Below, one piece after another: positions 50,448 to 63,084 of a stretch of DNA of 64,000 nt. Both the position numbers and the translations under genes were made by a program. Numbering within the stretch: the stretch's first letter is position 1; each line of letters starts with the position of its first letter. Origin of the DNA: Torpedo marmorata (taxonomy: Eukaryota); the NCBI GenBank assembly GCA_977017645.1, contig OZ360253.1, positions 35,712,001-35,776,000 of the forward strand, written 5' to 3'. The notes beneath the pieces are model-generated. The model did not search any database, was not told where the DNA came from, and saw only the letters and a list, made by a program, of their open reading frames with translations.

Positions 50448-51051
50448 GGGTTTGATCTACTATCAAGTTAGATGTATTCTTAAACTTTTCCAATGTGTAT
50501 ACAAACTGGAGTGAGATGAAGCGAGGGAAAAAAAACAATCTGTTGACACTTTTTTGGTTTATTTTCTCTTCGTTTGCTGTTCATGTGTTCAATTAGAATT
50601 CTCACAGAGGTGTAATCTTCAGGCCAGGTAACGTCTGGTGCATTTTTCCGGCATTAACTGTGAGCCATTTAACTAATAAGGTGTGGTCACAGCAGTCTGA
50701 ACCTCACCCAATGTTCACGTATGCTTTAAGCGGTAACCAGTGGAATGTAGTGAGCAGGAACCCTGCAAGATCAGCTCAATCACAACAGACAAAGAATTGA
50801 ACTTTAAATTTTTTAGGTCCATGCTCATAGCTAAGATACTGAGACGTTCCTGATCTTGCCTATTTTGATGTCACTGTATCATAATCTTGACCCTTTGCCA
50901 TGATTTTTATGTTAAAATTGCATAACTATGATTAAAAAAAGGTGAATTTTATGACTTTGGCAAGGAATGTCAAATTTTTCACAATTGAGCACACTTTGTA
51001 TTTTAATTCCTTTCATCTTTGACTGACTGGGATCTTCTGAAACTTTCATAG

Positions 51052-51254
51052 GGAAAAGGTTGGCTTCGCCGCTCCAATCACAGCAGCCCTACCTCTTCAG
51101 TAGGAATGCGACGGCTATCAGTTGCAGATGTTCCTGAAGAAATGGCGAGTGCTGATGAGTCGATTGATGTGGATTTGACAGAGCAACAGAAAGCAGCCAT
51201 GCAGCAAGAGGAGCAAGCGTTAACTGAACAAATAGAGACTCTACAAAAAGAAAA
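51052..51254 (+). CDS. MYO9A: MYO9A exon (GKGWLRR...AAMQQEEQALTEQIETLQKE), C-terminal coiled coil
   Basis: catag| ... |gtaaga; phase 0 to 2. Confidence 0.94.
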
Positions 51255-51850
51255 GTAAGAGGAACAAAGTAGTTAGAGAAAATAACAGGTACTCAGTGAA
51301 GTGTAGAAGCTATTGAGATGTGCACCGAGTTAAAGTAGCCATGTGCTACAATGTTTTGATTAAATAACAGATTATGTTGATGAAGAAAGAAAATGGCACA
51401 AGGTATTCGTTAAAGTAAAAAAAAAAAGTTGTTAGCAAAATGGAGACCTAAGTAAACCTGGATGATAAATTACCTTGAGACTTAAAGCAGAGATTTGAGG
51501 TAAACCATTGGTTTTCAGACTGGAGAATGTCAGGTGGTGGTGTTTCTCAAAGTTCAGAGTGAGGACCATGTCTTTTTTAAAAATCTATATTCCTGGGTCT
51601 GACATCTTCAGTGACATTCATGCTAAGGCACGTTCACTGATTATTGCACAATACACCAGTTACACCTCAGAAATGAAACAGTCCATGCTTGCAAACAGCA
51701 AAACATCAGGCTGTGGGCTGATTGGTGATAAGTAACATTTGCCACATATTCATTGTTTTTAACAAGAGAGTCTGTAACCATCTGTCCTCAATGTTCAGAT
51801 GCAATTATGTTATTCAGTGTCCCATCGTAAGTATAGTCGAGCGTAACCAC

Positions 51851-52511
51851 TGTTACGTGTGATCAAATCAGATTTGCAGAGAAACGAGTCCAGACACAGG
51901 CTAAACAAACAAAGGATGATCTTTATTGCACACACGGGGAAATAGTAACGGGGAAGACACAAAACAACACTCGGTACTAAAACAATGTAAGCAGTCACAT
52001 CGGATACAGCGATCTCCAATACCAGTGGCCACCTACTCTCTTTCTCTCTCACAGGTGCAGTAATATTCAGTAACTAGCACACTCTTACTATACTGGTTCC
52101 CTGTTCCAATGGCGTACGGCTCAATGCTAAGTATTCCCACACAATACTATGGTCCTGCTCTAAGTGTAGTGCACACCTTACCAACGACTCCTCCAGCGAT
52201 GTCCTCAGTTTGCGATCTGGCGCAGAGCAGCATTTGCAGTCAGGACCATGGAGCAAAGAGAATGAGCTGCTGCACGTGGTGGGCTTTTAAAGTGCATTAA
52301 GCTGAGGAGTCCAGCCCAGGTAACCTGTAAGTGATTAAAGGGGCCAGTGGTCAGGTGTGCACTAATGGGTAGGTAGAGTCCAACCTTGATTGGCAGGTGA
52401 TGCGACTTCCGACTAGGTTCCAGACGGAGAGGTCATGTGACCCTCCACAATCCACACTCCCACCAGGTTCCATACAGAGAGGCCACATGATCCTCCACAA
52501 TCCACACTACA
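51851..52511 (-). mobile_element. Solo LTR (661 bp)
   Basis: TGT...ACA termini, 5-bp TSD ACCAC, AATAAA on the minus strand near 51925. Confidence 0.72.
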
Positions 52512-52726
52512 ACCACTGACTGGAATCTCAACTGGAGAGTCAAGAGAAATGAGGTTGGATAGCTTGCTGAGAGTGACTTGCTTTCAGATACTGAAACGTT
52601 TCCACTTTCCTTGTAAAAGGTGGAAATGCTCTGACCACAGTAAAAAAAGCAGAACATTTTATTTCAGTGCACATCTCATTGTCTGCATTGATGGCTCACA
52701 CTTTTACAAATTATACCCTGCTTTAG

Positions 52727-52869
52727 GGACGAGCTGACATTTGAAATACTTGCTCTGGAGCCGCGAGCCTCGGATGACGAAACCCTGGAGTCAGAAGCGT
52801 CCATTGGAACTGCTGACAGCCTTGAAAATTTAAATCTGGATTCTGAGGGTGCATTGTCTGAACTTTCAG
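52727..52869 (+). CDS. MYO9A: MYO9A penultimate exon (DELTFEILALEPRASDDETLESEASIGTADS...)
   Basis: tttag| ... |gtaact; LEPRASDDETLESEASIGTADS block. Confidence 0.95.
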
Positions 52870-52905
52870 GTAACTGACATTTGCTCTCAAAATAATGCTG
52901 CATGC

Positions 52906-54672
52906 TGTGTAAGACAGTTTATTTGGAATGGCAAAGTTTCCAGAATCTCCATGGAAAAGATGATGTGGGATTATAAACTCGGGGGCCTATGGTTACCGGA
53001 TTTTAAGAAGTACTATTTAGCAGCCCAGTCGAGGTTTCTTCTCACCTTTTTCGAGGAGGTGATACCCCTCCATGGGTCCAAATTGGACTAAACGCAATAG
53101 GGGAGAAAATAGCTAAAGACTTTGTTTAAAAATGGAATACTAAACTAATATCAAAAAGAACGGATAATCCCATTCTGAAACATATGGTTAAAATCTGGCA
53201 AGAACGTAATGACTGTATTGGAGGAAAAGTTGGAATATCTCCCAAAACACCTCTGTTTCAAAACGAACTTGTACCCATGAATTTGGGCAATAAAATAGGA
53301 GAAAATTGGTACCAAAAGGGGATTTGTTATATTGAGGATTGCTATGACAATGAACAACTCATGTCCTTCGAACAACTTAGAGTTAAATATGATTTGTCTA
53401 ATAGAACCTTTTACTGTTTTCTCCAAATAAGATCCTTCTTGCGAGAAAGGTTTTTTGGTTCTCTTTTTCTTTTTTTTCTCCCCCTTTTTCTTCTTTAAAT
53501 AATTGGTTTATTGATTTGGTTTGTTATATGATTATGTTATGATATTTCCATTGTTTTTTTGTTACATGTACGGATTTATGATACTATGTAAGGTGTACTT
53601 GTTTTTCATTTCTGTAAGTACTTTATTAAGGATTTCTATTTTGAAAAAAAACCCAATAAATAAATTTATAAAAAAAAAAGAAAGGTGGGGTCCGATAATG
53701 ACCCCACCTATAAGCAACGAGGTGGAGCAGATACTTCGACTGGGAAATTCACTCAAATTCACATCCAGAATGTACTTTGTCCTACAGAGTGAAAGCCCTA
53801 ATCCAGGTATACATAGATCGAGGGAGAGGTGGGAGTCGGACATGGATACAACAATTCACGAACGTTGCTGGTCGGACTGGTGTAGGCATAGTATGACGGC
53901 TGTTATTAATGCCAGACACAGACTGATCCAGTATAACTTCTTACACCAATTATATCTTACACCACAAAAGTTACACAAGTCTAAACCCGAAATATCGGAG
54001 ATGTATTTCAGATGTGGTGTAGAAACTGGAACTTTTCTGCACTCCACCTGGTCCTGTGTAAAGGAACGCCCCTTTTGGCATGATATATCTAATACACTAA
54101 CCAGAATTACGGGGGTAAACTTTCCGCTGGACCCGGAGTTGTATCTTTTAGGAAATTTAATGGACATAAACTACAAATTATCTAAATTTCAAATTCAATT
54201 TGTAAAAGTTGCTTTGTCCGTGGCAAAGAAATGTATAGCAATAACTTGGAAGTCCGACTCCCCCCTTCTCATCACTCGATGGTCAACAGAAATGCACAGC
54301 TGTGTTCCCATGTAGAAAATCACATATAATATTAGGAACAAATACGATACATTTGTTAAGGTGTGGCAACCATACCTGGAGTATATTGGGGTCCAGTTAT
54401 AACTCAAACTCCAAGGTACAGTAAAATGTAATGTGTAAAAAATTAATGGTGTAACGTCTCCAAAAAGGTGGGAACTGACGGTACGTTTAGTTTTCTTTTC
54501 TTTTATTTGCATGTTTTGTTTCTTAGGTTTTGTTTTTCCTTTTTAGTTGGGGGGGAGGGAAGGGAAATATAAAAATAATGTTGTATACATTATTGTATAC
54601 AACATTGTACGATTATGTTTATATTGTTAATCTATTTGTGAAAAATGAAAAAAATAAAATATTCCAAAAAGA
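52906..54672 (+). mobile_element. L1-clade LINE, 5'-truncated, with a nested poly(A) insert at ~53452-53678
   Basis: KLGGLWLPDFKKYY; RCGVETGTFLHSTWSC zinc knuckle; T-rich 3'UTR and A tail; 17-bp TSD aaaataatgct(g/t)catgc. Confidence 0.88.
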
Positions 54673-54703
54673 AAAATAATGCTTCATGCCAGCAATTCAT
54701 ATA

Positions 54704-54913
54704 GAGGTATACCCAGCTTTACGAATACTCGCTTTACAAATATTCGCTTTTACGACTAAACCTATCCGAAAGAAATTTGAATGGGTTTTGAATGGGTTTT
54801 TGCTTTTACAAAAATAGCCTTCAAGAGTAGTGAATGGGTCTTCGCTTTATGCCATTTCGGCTTACGAAAGGTTTCATAGGAATGCTGTACTTTCATAAAG
54901 CGGGGTATACCTG
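54704..54913. mobile_element. Tigger-like MITE
   Basis: TIR aggtatacccagctttacgaa / ttcataaagcggggtatacctg flanked by TA. Confidence 0.8.
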
Positions 54914-55099
54914 TAATTCCAATGGAAAGAGAGAGATGTTGATGCCAGGTTATGTGTAAGATTTAAATGCTCAGAACGCATTTCCTGGCTGTTACCTGGC
55001 CGATTGAGAGGGGCAGGTAGAAAATCCAGCAGGGCACATAACACTCATGAAGCCAAGTGGAAGGAAAGCACAGTGGTTTGGAGGGAGCAAGAGGAGAGA

Positions 55100-56125
55100 A
55101 CATAAGAACATTAGAAATAGGAGCAGGAGTCGGCCATCCGGCCCGTCGAGCCTGTTCCGCCATTCAATAAGATCATGGCTGATCTGATGATAGACTCATC
55201 TCCACCTACCTGCCTTTTCCCCATATTCATTAATTCCCCTACTATGTAAAAATCTATCAAACCTTGTCTTAAATATATTTACTGAGGTCGCCTCCACTGC
55301 TTCAATAGGTAGAAAATTCCACAGATTCACCACCCTCTGGGAAAAGCAGTTCCTCTTCATTTCCATCCTAAATCTACTACCCTGAATCCTGAGGCTATAT
55401 CCACTAGTTCTGGTCTCCCCTACCAATGGAAACAACTTACCTACCTCTATCTTATCTATGCCGTTCATAATTTTGTATGTTTCTATGATCCCCTCTCATT
55501 CTTCTAAATTCCAGCGAGTACAATCCCAGACTACACAATCTCTCCTCATAGGCTAACCCCTTCATCCCTGGAATCAACCTGGTGAACCTCCTCTGCACCA
55601 CCTCCAATGCCAGTACATCCTTCCTCAAGTAAGGAGACCAGAACTGCACACAGTGCTCCAGATGCGGCCTCACCGGTACCTTGTACAGTTGCAGCATAAC
55701 CTCTGCTCTTAAATTCAATCCTTCTAGCAATGAAGGCCAACATTCCATTTGCTTTCTTGATAGCCTGCTTCACCTGCAAACCAACCTTTTGCGATTCATG
55801 CACAAGCACTCCCAAGTCCTTCTGCACAGCAGCATGCTACAATTGCTTGCCATTTAAATAATATTCTGATCTTCCATTTTTCCTTCCAAAGTGGATAACC
55901 TCACATTTACCAACATTGTACTCCATCTGCCAGACACTTGCCCACTCACTTAACCTATCTCTCTGCAGACTCTCTGTATCCTCTGCACAATTTGCTTTTC
56001 CACTCAATTTAGTGTCATCAGCAAACTTAGACACACTACACTCTGCCCCCTCTTCCAGATCGTTTATGTATATTGTGAACATTTGCGGGCCCAGCACCGA
56101 CCCCTGCGGCACCCTGCTCACCACT
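55100..56125 (-). mobile_element. CR1 LINE 3' fragment (same subfamily as 20102-21053)
   Basis: VPQGSVLGP, KFADDTKL, FSQRVVNLWN. Confidence 0.92.
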
Positions 56126-56984
56126 GAAGTTGGGTCTCTGTGGGTAAATCATGGGTCTGAAAGATTATGGTTGGGAGAGGCATGATTGGTGTGGATAAAT
56201 CAGGATTGGGAATTGCGTCCCCTGTTGCCTTGCCAGATGTTCCTGTCCAGAAGGATGTAGATTCATATTGAGGAGTGGATGCATGCAGCAATCCCCAGAA
56301 CTTTGGGGGCAGAGTGGGAAAGGTGGGTGGGCTGGCAGGTGTAGAGGCCTGCTGTAAAAACAGAAAATGCTAGAGAGATTCAGCAGGTCAGGCAGTGCCT
56401 GTAGAAAATGAACATTTCAGTTCAAGAACCCTTGGTCTGACGTAGGGTGTTCAACCAGAAATGTTCACTGTTTCTCTTTTCCCAGGAGTCTTTCCACCAT
56501 TTTCTATGTTTGGATTTCCAGCAACTGCAGTTTTTTTTAATTGCTGCAGGGGCAAAGAGAGGGTCATGGGTCTGATTGAAGGGAGGAGAGTGCAATGTTG
56601 GAGGTATGGGGATCAACTGTTTTGGAGGATGGATAGTTGAGGACAATGCAGAAAAGGGACAGCACAACACTAGGTCAGGCTTTTCGGCCGACCCTGTCTG
56701 CACCCAACACAATACCAAATTAAAGAAAGCCTCTCCTGCCTACTCATGATCCTTATCCCTCCATTTCCTTCATATTCCTGCTTTTATCTAAAAGCCACTT
56801 AAGCACAACTATCATGTCTGCTCCCACCACTACCCCTTGCATTCAGTTGGTATAACCAGTCCTTTATCCTCTTGCCTTCAGCTACTTACTTCTCCCAGTC
56901 CTTGGAAATCTGGTGTATGGCTATTAATCCTAAGATGCATCTTGAGTTTGATTCAAGACTCATTAAAATGTTTAGAGAACAAGT

Positions 56985-57537
56985 TATTAGGAAGAGACCG
57001 CACTTAAGAGTATTGTGTTCAGTTCTGGTCACCTCATTACAGGAAGGATGTGGAAGCTGTGGAGAGGGTGCAGAGGAGATTTACCAGGATGTTACCTGGA
57101 TTGGAAAGTAAGTCTTATGAGGCAAGGTTAGCAGAGCTGGGACTTTTCTCTTTGGAGCGTAGAAGGATGAGAGGAGACTTGATAGAGTCTACAAGATTAT
57201 GAGAGGCATAGATAGGGTGGACAGCCAGCACCTGTTTCCCAGGGCAGGATCAGCAAACACCAGGGGTCATCTGTACAAAGTGAAGGGAGGGAAGTTTAGG
57301 GGAGACATCAGGGCTAAGTCTTTTACAGAGAGTTGTGGGTGTCTGGAATGCCTTGCCAAAAATGGTGGTGGAGGCTGAAACATTAGGGGCATTTAAGAGA
57401 CTCTTAGACAGGCACATGGATTGAAGAAAAATAGAGGGTTACAGGGTAGGGAGGGTTTAGTACTTTTTCTTATGGAATATATGGGTCGGCACAACATCGA
57501 GGGCTGAAGGGCCTGTACTGTGCTGTAGTGTTCTATG
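56985..57537 (+). mobile_element. CR1 LINE 3' fragment
   Basis: gagtattgtgttcagttctggtc...; tail gaagggcctgtactgtgctgtagtgttctatg. Confidence 0.88.
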
Positions 57538-57632
57538 AAATTGGGTAGCTTTTGTCAGCACTAACATTCGAGTAGAATTGATCCAACAGAGAACTTGTTG
57601 ATACTAACATCTGTTTTATTGTTCATGGACAG

Positions 57633-58102
57633 AAAGAAGTTCAATTGTATGTTCTGTTGGTCAGCCCCACGCTGAAGCAATGAGAAGGTTGAGGCGGTCA
57701 CAGAGGAAGAAGATGGATCCTCTAGTGTCGGCTGAATTGACTGTGCATTCGTCACCCACAGTATCACAATCATTGTCCGGTTTACCTCAAGGAGGAAAGC
57801 GTTTCCGTTTCCGCTCAAAATCACCTTCACCAGCATTTTACCGCTCACACATTGTCACTAACAGCACTGAGCAGAGGGCAGATGGAGCGAAGGGTCAGGA
57901 AGAGAAGGCGCAGTTTACAAGCAGGGGGACCTTCAATCCGGAAAAGGGCAAACAAAAACTGAAGATGATGAAGCGCTCGGCGCAGATGTCCAAAGACGCA
58001 ACTGATGGGGCTTCGGGCACAGAGAAAAAGTGCAGTGCTGAGCCTGACTTTGGTGCTCCCCAGCAGCTGATGGTGTTCGGGAACAATGAGTTCATGGTGT
58101 GA
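57633..58102 (+). CDS. MYO9A: MYO9A last coding exon ending FGNNEFMV* (putative PDZ-binding terminus)
   Basis: Branch point TACTAAC 57602-57608, gacag| acceptor in phase 1, in frame with ORF 57680..58102; QFTSRGTFNPEKGKQKLK motif. Confidence 0.95.
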
Positions 58103-60745
58103 GACCAAGAGTCTTGTAAGTTTCTGTCTGAATCGAGTGGAGGTCTTTCATCCATCCCAGCACATCTTCCTCTGGTAGCTGCTATCTCAGTGCATCACAC
58201 GCAATACGTCCAATCCTCATTGATGGCATTGCTGCGTCAAGATATGAAAAAGGGAAGTGATTTCTCTATTTAAAGAAAAATCCGCCAGAAGGTTTACACT
58301 GTGGCCTTAACCATTTAAACACTGAGGAGACATGAACTCTGCACCTGTCGCGTGCCAAGAAGGATCTGGGCTGCAGATGCATTCACAAAGAGCGGTTCTT
58401 GAGGATCAGCAAGCAGGACTGCAGTCCAGAGGAAGGCCATGCTTAAAGAAGCACTTGTTTAAACGGTGTTTGCCATTCAGGGGACTTTCCAGAAGGCTGA
58501 AGGAAGAAAGTGGATTAAAACTGTCATCCCAGTCACACTCCATGAACACTTATGGTCAAAGATTATCAAGAGAGCTGATTTAAGAAATCACAAATGACCA
58601 AGATGCTTACAATCGGACTCGAAAGCACTTCTCACGAACTTGAGCACTGCTGTTGGTTAAGCATTTTTCAGTGTTTCAGAAACAGCCAGTGGCCCCTGGG
58701 AAACGTAAGCCAAAACGTCTGTGTACAAAAATGCATTAACCGTACGTCCTGTGTCTGACATTTTTACAGGGTTTCAGGAACCACTTTACCAATCAAGTTA
58801 TGCTGCTCCTCCCTGCATGTGTAGAACTTAGGAAGTGTGGAGTTGAAGGGACCAACCTGACCAGTCTTTGAGCTTGCAGATCCAACACCTGTCTGCATAG
58901 CAGTGGGCATGGGCAAAAGTACAGTTATGTTACAGCTCATCGACTGAGATGCATGGTGATAGTGTAGATAAGGCAATATCATACATGATCCTTGAAATTT
59001 AGCCCAGAAGAAAATCTTTTATTGAATTGTCAGTATTAAAAACAATGAGGACTTGAAGAATTTTTAGGCTGATTTCTAAAACTTACTGTTAACTCGATGT
59101 TTTTTGAAAAAATCTTCCATTTTATTTGATTTTTTTTTTACATTTTGATTTCTGTGATACAAGACTGTAGCTTCCTGCCCAAAGGGAGTATCTATGGAGT
59201 AGATTAGGAACAAAACTGAATGTAACAATCACTGGAACGGGCATGCTGGGCCTCTTGTAACTTATAGTATGATCTGTTTGTAAAGGATATATTATCCTGT
59301 GTCATATTCTATAATAAGTACTCGTATAGACTGCTCAGTAGCCTCCATCCCAACATACGAGAGGTTCCTGTACAGCTTCAACTCTGTATTTTTGACATTA
59401 GCAATTGGGGTGGCATCTTGTGTATGAAGTGCAATTTATCTAATATTTCTTAAATATATCTATGTGTGGTGTACAAACAAATTCCTGAACAATTAGCCCA
59501 CAGCTTATTAAAGAACAAGCTGTAAAACTTGCATCCTGACTTTCTTCTTGTGCTTAGAAGAGGAATCTGAAAGATATGGTCAAATTTGTGGGGCCAGAAA
59601 GACTGAATGCATCTCATTGCATTAAAAAAAACGAAACCTTTATGCCCCACTCCCGGGGACAGGTAGATAATGGGAGGGGGTGTGTGTGTTAATGATCCCT
59701 GAAATACTTTCAACCATAGTAGAGGTGATTTGAACTGCTCCCACCTAAATCTTTAGAATTCATTCATTGGCCTACACCCTTGAATCTGCATTGTTCAAAT
59801 CTTCTCTGTTCAAAGCTACTTATTAATTCACTGTAACTTGGGAGTTTACCTTTACCATCCTGGCAAGCTTTATGGAACGCAAATGGTTCAACTCATCAAA
59901 ATTAATTTTTCTCTCTGGCAACAGAAAAATATTTATCAAGTTGTTTGTCATTGACAGTTTTGCATATGAGCGGGGATATAGAATGAAACTGGATCTCATA
60001 CAGTACGAGGTGCAGGAGGAGAGCTGATCCCAGGTTGGAGATGATGAGTGCATCCCTGTTTGAATATATTACCCTTGCCGGGCTCCTTAGTCTTCATTAG
60101 TCTTGCTTGTTGTATTTTGCATGAAAGTTTTATCAGTTTTTTTGCTCATTCTATGCCTCCCCCACCTCCCTGAGACTCTTTGATTCCCAATCTAATGCTG
60201 CCTTCACCTAGTATGTTCAAACATACTTTCTGGCAATGATGAACTCAACCCATTACAGACTTTCTTTTCCATTTTGCGTCCTGGGATGTTGATTTTGATT
60301 TTCTTTGCACCCTGTTGGCTGATCACCCAACGGGTGTGAAGTGTGCAACATGGGCGTGTGGCATAACATTGGAAACTAAGAACAGCCCAACATCTTATGG
60401 AAGGAACGGGTTAAGCAGTGTTGAGTAACCTGGAGAAACAGGAATCGTTGCAACATTGAGTCCACTGGTCCAGTTAGCCCCGAAGGAGCACGAGACCCTG
60501 CCTCTGTGGATCTGCTTCTTGTATCTGACGTGATAAGGGCACAGCAGGAGGAAGAACCTTTCCCTTTCTGTGAAATAAATTTCAACAAAAGTGTTAGACA
60601 AAGTTTATAAGGAAAGTGTCCATGAAATGTGGCTGAAACATTGGTATTACAGGGTTGGTTTTTTGGAACACATTTCTGGGTTACTGTTTTAATTGTATGC
60701 TAATTTAATAATTTGCCATGAGCTAATAAAGTACTTTTCTGTCTT
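58103..60745 (+). other. MYO9A: MYO9A 3'UTR (approximate end)
   Basis: Stretch after the stop codon with no repeat I recognise, up to AATAAA plus a downstream U-rich tract. Confidence 0.6.
60725..60730 (+). terminator. Candidate polyadenylation signal AATAAA
   Basis: AATAAA followed by ttttctgtcttttt; repeats resume after ~61170. Confidence 0.55.
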
Positions 60746-61171
60746 TTTATGGAGTTGTAGCCAATATTTTTTCTTATTGAGAGAGGGAGTTTATGGCACT
60801 GTATAATATGATCATGTTTGAAGCTTCTTCAATCTTAAATGATTTCTCAACCTTTCCTCCTGAATGCATTGACTGCTTGGTGTGTATAATTTCATTATTC
60901 TTTGGCTGACGTCTGGTGCTTCATCAAGAAGCTGTTCTTCAATATTTGACATTGAATTGAAAGTTTGGAAGACAGTTGGTGTCAAAATTGTGCTACAATT
61001 CAAGAGGATGATTTCGCGTATTAAACTTTTCTGCATTAAAATAATCCCAATCATTCTTCACATTACTTTTGTTGCCACTTACCCTCTGGTTATTAATTTG
61101 TTCCACCTATGAAAAATGTTTCTAGTTTATTTTTCCAAAACACAAACTGGCAGTGCTGAAGATATGTTCTC

Positions 61172-61415
61172 GCGGCACATTTAGTGTAGCAGTTACCGCA
61201 ACACTGTTACTGCACCAGCGACCAGGGTTCAAATCAGGCACTGTCTGTAAGGAGTTTGTATGTTCTCCCCGTGTCTGTGTGGGCTTCCTCCTGGTGCTCC
61301 GATTTCCTCCCATCCTTCAAAACGTACCGGGGGTGTTGGTCAATTGGGTGTAATTGGGCGGCACGGGCTCGTGGGCTGGAAGGGCCTGTTACCGTGCTGT
61401 ATGTCTAAATTTTAA
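61172..61415 (+). mobile_element. V-SINE (HE1-like)
   Basis: Head, V-domain and tail. Confidence 0.9.
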
Positions 61416-61424
61416 AAAAACTAG

Positions 61425-62390
61425 GTGTGCTTCTAACCAAGCTGTTCCAATGCAGTTACTGCACTGGCATCAGCTTTTCGGTGTGGAAAGTTTCTCAGGT
61501 ATATCATGTTCATGAACAGCAGGACAAATCCAATCTGGCTAAATACAACCCAGTAAAGCCTCATCTCGGTCATCACCAAACTGATGGAGGGATCAGCAGC
61601 ATCTCCCCTGAGATGCTTACTAATGCTATTGGTTTTTACCAGTTCCACTCGGCTTCAGACCCAATGACGTCCTTAGTCTAAATATGGACCAAGGAACTGA
61701 ATTCTAGTGACTGCTCTTGATCTCAAGACAGCATTTGGTGTGGCATCCATGGCTCCTGGTGAAACTTGTCAATAGGTACTGAAGGAGAAAGGGACCAATG
61801 GTTGGAGTCCAACTTGCACAAAGAAAGATGATTGAGGTTGCTGGAAGTCGATCATCCAAGCCCCAGGACATTGCAGCACGAGTTCCTCATTACAGTGTTC
61901 TAAGTCCAATCATCTTTGGTTGCTTCCTCAATAACCTTCCTGTCATCATAATGTCAGAAGTAGGATGTCAATTGGGCCAGTTACATAAATAGTCTGTCTA
62001 CAAAAGCTGGAAGAAGCTGTTTATCCTGAGACGAATGACTCATCTCCATACACCCAAAGGTCTTTCACTATCTGCAAAGTACAAGTAAGGAGCATGATGG
62101 GATATTCTGCAGAAAACCACTCAGCTCAAAGCTATCCACGACACACCAGCCCATCATCCACCACCCATAATGTTTACTCTCTCAGCAATGTGACATCTGA
62201 GAAATGTGCTGAAGTTGCTCGCTTAGCCAACATCAAGGGTATCTCCAACACCTGTGGTTTCTTCATATAAGAATAAAAGCATTGGGTGTTTGGAAACACT
62301 AATTTCCAAGCTCTTCTCCAAGTCCCACACCTTCATGAATTAGAAATATATCACTGTTAGTTCTAAAATCCTTGAGCTTCCCACCCAACA
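61425..62390 (+). mobile_element. Old degenerate CR1-like LINE
   Basis: QDIAARVPHYSVLSPIIFGCFLNNLP, a degenerate GVPQGSVLGP motif. Confidence 0.6.
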
Positions 62391-62407
62391 GCATTCTAAA
62401 ACTTCCA

Positions 62408-62579
62408 AAAGGAAAACATGAGAGTCTGCAGACACCGTGGTTGAGGTAAAAACACAACGCTGGAGAAACAGCAGGTCAAACTGTACTTTATATAGCAAAG
62501 ATAAAGATACATAACCAACGTTTCGGGCTATGGAAAAAGCACACTGACCTGCTGAATTTCTCCAGCAATGTGTTTTTAC
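62408..62579. mobile_element. Short inverted PLE terminal-repeat element
   Basis: pLTR plus partial inverted copy; 14-bp TSD TTCTAAAACTTCCA. Confidence 0.85.
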
Positions 62580-63084
62580 TTCTAAAACTTCCACAACCTT
62601 CAACAGAAGGGCTGAGGTGTTTCAAAAAGTGGTTTCATTTTCTGAGCAGTTGTGAATGGATTTGAATGTTCATCCTGAAACTTCCTTCTCAGTGGTGGGA
62701 GTACTTTCCCGCACAAAGATCTCAGCATTTCCAGAAGCTCACTCACTGCTGAGTACTTGGGCAACTTGAAATGGGAATCCAGGAGCATCCTTGACCTCTG
62801 AATGAAAATAAGATGAACAGTCAGAGTTCACAATGTAATTCTTCAAATTTCTACATTGGTCCAATGTAAAACTGAGAGAAATAGCAATCTGTAAGTTTAC
62901 TTAAATGTATTTTGTCCTGGATATGGCTCTTACTCAGGTGATGCACCTGTATTGTTCCCTTTTTCTTCCAGGGACAAATATTCAGAATAAAGAAATTAAT
63001 ACAGTGAACTTTTGGATTGATAAAGAATGTTGAATGCAACTGTCGTAGCTTCTTTTATAAAGAAAAATCATGAAAAAATAACTC

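Larger units (their letters stand above)
1150..60745 (+). other. MYO9A: Myosin IXA gene, 3' portion (5' end lies upstream of the window)
   Basis: 25 exons with GT-AG boundaries and consistent phases. Domain order motor end, 6 IQ, C1, RhoGAP defines class IX myosin; six IQs and the C-terminal NEFMV indicate 9A rather than 9B. Confidence 0.96.
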
